Shown here one piece after another: positions 61,493 to 64,000 of a stretch of 64,000 nt of DNA. The notes beneath the pieces are model-generated. The model was not told where the DNA came from. It ran no database searches and saw only the letters and a program-made list of their open reading frames with translations. The stretch's first letter is position 1. Each line of letters opens with the position of its first letter. This stretch comes from Tubiluchus corallicola (taxonomy: Eukaryota; Animalia; Priapulida), in NCBI GenBank assembly GCA_030141605.1, contig JAQGDQ010000431.1:62001-126000 (forward strand), in the 5' to 3' direction. Both the position numbers and the translations under genes were made by a program.

Positions 61493-61596
61493 CTGACACT
61501 TTGGATCCAATTCTAAAGCTTTCTGATACGTTTTTCCTGCTTCGCTCATATTCTTCATTGCTATGAGGATACCACCTTTCCGAAGATAAGCTTTCA
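61493..61596 (-). CDS. STIP1: STIP1/Hop exon (third repeat of TPR2B)
   Basis: TTCTTTCTAG| then (V)KAYLRKGGILIAMKNMSEAGKTYQKALELDPKCQ, then |GTATTG. Confidence 0.93.
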
Positions 61597-61870
61597 CTAG
61601 AAAGAACAATCATTAAAAATGAATGCAAATACATTATTCTTCCAAAATTTATGCACTGTTATCTAAACTTGTTTCAAATGACTTTCATTAGCGTTACTAC
61701 TAACGCAAGCACAGTTTGCAATAAGACAGTATGTAAATGATGCAAAATTTGAAGACAAATTTTTTAGGTTTTATTTATGAAGAATGTTTCTTGGGCTCCA
61801 ATGCACAGCTTGCTAATTTGACTCTAGGAAAACTTTCTTACAAAGTTTTATTTTTACCTCATTTAGTAAA

Positions 61871-62312
61871 CTCATATCTCAATTTGCCGGACAAAAGTGG
61901 GGAGACGTCGGTCCGAATTTGTTGATTGTCCATATTTACCAATACTAACTAAGCTAATACAGTAGGCTCCGTTTATTAGACTCACTGTAATGTAGAATCA
62001 ATAGCCTAATTGTCTCAAAAACGTCTAGTGCGGGCCGCTCCTATGCAAAAGTATATAAACTGTCGGCAATTGACTCAAATAACTCTGCATAATTGAATCT
62101 GAACAACTTACACATGCTGACATACAAGCTACACACATGTCGTTACATGCTGGTTGGCTACACTGATGTAATGATGTAAACAAAGTGGCGACCTGCCAAC
62201 TAGTAGTTATCTCGCGAAAAAGCGGACTGTGTTCATAATATGCGGGACTTTTACCGGTTCAGATTTTTCCAATATCCACAACATCGAAGTCCAGCAAACC
62301 GAGATAAGAGTG
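61871..62312. mobile_element. MITE family D, near-full copy
   Basis: CTCATATCTCAATTTG ... AAACCGAGATAAGAGTG-TA. Confidence 0.65.
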
Positions 62313-63214
62313 TAAATAGCAAATGAATGACTAGTCTAAACTCATACATTTTGTAGAAGGGATGTCATGAATCTGAAATTACAAAATCCGAAGCAAAACT
62401 GAATCTCGTTTTATGATAATTTTTGAATCTGAATCTCAGTTTAAAATAACTTCGAATACGGATGAAATCCAAATCTCAATTTCAAATAATTTTCGAAACA
62501 GATTCGAATCTCAATTTTTAGGTACTTTTTTAAACCGAATCTTATTCGAGCACCTTTACCTGCGCTCGGCGAAAAAAACTGTGTTCATCCAAGCCAGGAC
62601 GCATGCAGCGTTGTGTTAAGCAATACAAGAAATCTTAGCATTTTTGTTGAAACTAGCAGCTCAAATCGTAATGTGGTGCATGTTTTCGTGCAGGATTTCA
62701 TGAGTTGGACACTTAAACTGATATTTGTATATTTCAAGTAGGACAAAATTATCAAAAAAATGCGGGTATTGGGTAATTTTGCGAAAAATTTAAAGGCAAA
62801 AGTTTGTATAATTGATTTTGTAATAAAGTGCTACCATCACACTTCTGCAGTTGAAGAAAAACTTTATTTTTTAAAAAAATCGCTGCTGAATCAGGTCAGA
62901 TCTAAAATAACTAAGAACATCAGCAAATCAAGTTGAATCAAAGCTAAGAATCGGATTGGGTTTGGTTTAAACATGATTTATTGAACGTGTAACATCTAGG
63001 TTTGAAACAGACAGTTTTACAACTGATATATGTTCTCCCCTTAGTGGGAGCGAAAAATTGGATTTGAGGCTCAAGTTCTGCAGGAGTTTCCTAACATTCC
63101 TAACGTGACGACCTAATGACCACTAACAAATATTAATATTTTTGTCATTTCAGGTCTTATACTGAAATTTTGAAAATGTCTCCACAGCACACATTTCATC
63201 CGAATGTAACATAC

Positions 63215-63376
63215 CAAAGTCTTGGTCTAATTCAATGGCTTTGTTGCAGTCTTTCAAGCCGAGTCCAAACTCCGCTAACTTGGTGTAAGCTGCCGCACGG
63301 TTGCTGTACAATTTGGCATCTTCAGGATTCCGCCGGATTGCTTCCGTGTAAAATTTAACAGCAGCTGGATAGTCGC
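63215..63376 (-). CDS. STIP1: STIP1/Hop exon (TPR2B)
   Basis: TTACAG| then (G)[53 protein letters not shown], then |GTATGT. Confidence 0.96.
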
Positions 63377-63900
63377 CTGTAATTAAAGTTATACTGGCAT
63401 CTATTAGCTCGACACGTTTTTAACGTAGATAGCAGCACACAAGGAATAAATCTCACTGTGAACGGTATATATCAAAGAATTTCATTGCCACAATAAAAAG
63501 ATTTTTAAGCAGGTAATAGTAGCTACTAGCGACATAATAAAATTAACGTACTACAGAGAGTTTTGTTACAAGCCAAATTGTATTACCGGGTTTCGACTTT
63601 GTCTAGTTATGAGAACAACATAAAAAAGAAAAAGAAATAACACAGCTAAAAACTTCAATTCCAAAGTTTACAAATCAAGTTAATTATTTTTGCTTTCTTG
63701 ATTTGACTAAAACGACCTATTGGACGAAAGTGTGGCTGATTTCGCTTCAATGGACAAGTGTCACTGTGTTTAAAAACATGATCATACTACTAAAACGGCC
63801 TATATTTTCAATCAGACACTGGCAAGTGTACTGTAGCACTTCTAAATTATAACAAACATTTCAACTAAACCATCAACTGGTCAGTCAATAGGACGTTTAC

Positions 63901-63997
63901 CTTTTTTAAAACACTCGTTGCCCTTTGACTTTTCCTCTAATGATTTTGCTGGGTCGATGTAAGCCTTCTCTTCTTGTTCTTTCAACATTTTCTCTGC
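63901..63997 (-). CDS. STIP1: STIP1/Hop exon (TPR2A-TPR2B linker); the gene continues beyond the window
   Basis: TAG| then [32 protein letters not shown](G), then |GTAAAC. Confidence 0.93.
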
Positions 63998-64000
63998 CTA

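Overview
AT-rich genomic DNA from an invertebrate animal; the species cannot be determined from the sequence. It is not prokaryotic, and the supplied ORF track is mostly spurious. Three protein genes are well supported. (1) An uncharacterised 1153-aa HEAT/ARM-like protein with a single coding exon (minus strand, 1825-5286). (2) A Nova/pasilla-type triple-KH splicing regulator, reassembled from 4 coding exons (10006-10129, 44754-44903, 47653-47807, 51061-52128; 498 aa; all intron phases match), with a 34.6-kb first intron and lying head-to-head with gene 1. (3) The last five coding exons of STIP1/Hop (minus strand, 63997-58040), tail-to-tail with Nova. Introns are packed with Kolobok-like, hAT, pogo/Tc1 and piggyBac MITEs, RTE and other LINE remnants, SINEs and 21/40/64/65/113/152-bp tandem arrays. 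Highlights: (a) an AG-free, roughly 400-nt tract with about 38 YCAY (Nova-binding) motifs just upstream of the symmetric KH1 exon, a candidate Nova autoregulation switch; (b) several unrelated tandem arrays that carry YCAY almost only on the host sense strand, including one that starts exactly at a STIP1 splice donor; (c) a candidate nested two-exon gene in Nova intron 1 encoding an 87-aa secreted Arg/Cys-rich peptide that the ORF track misses; (d) Penelope-type palindromes carrying minimal hammerhead ribozyme cores; (e) a 113-bp tandem array born inside an RTE LINE.
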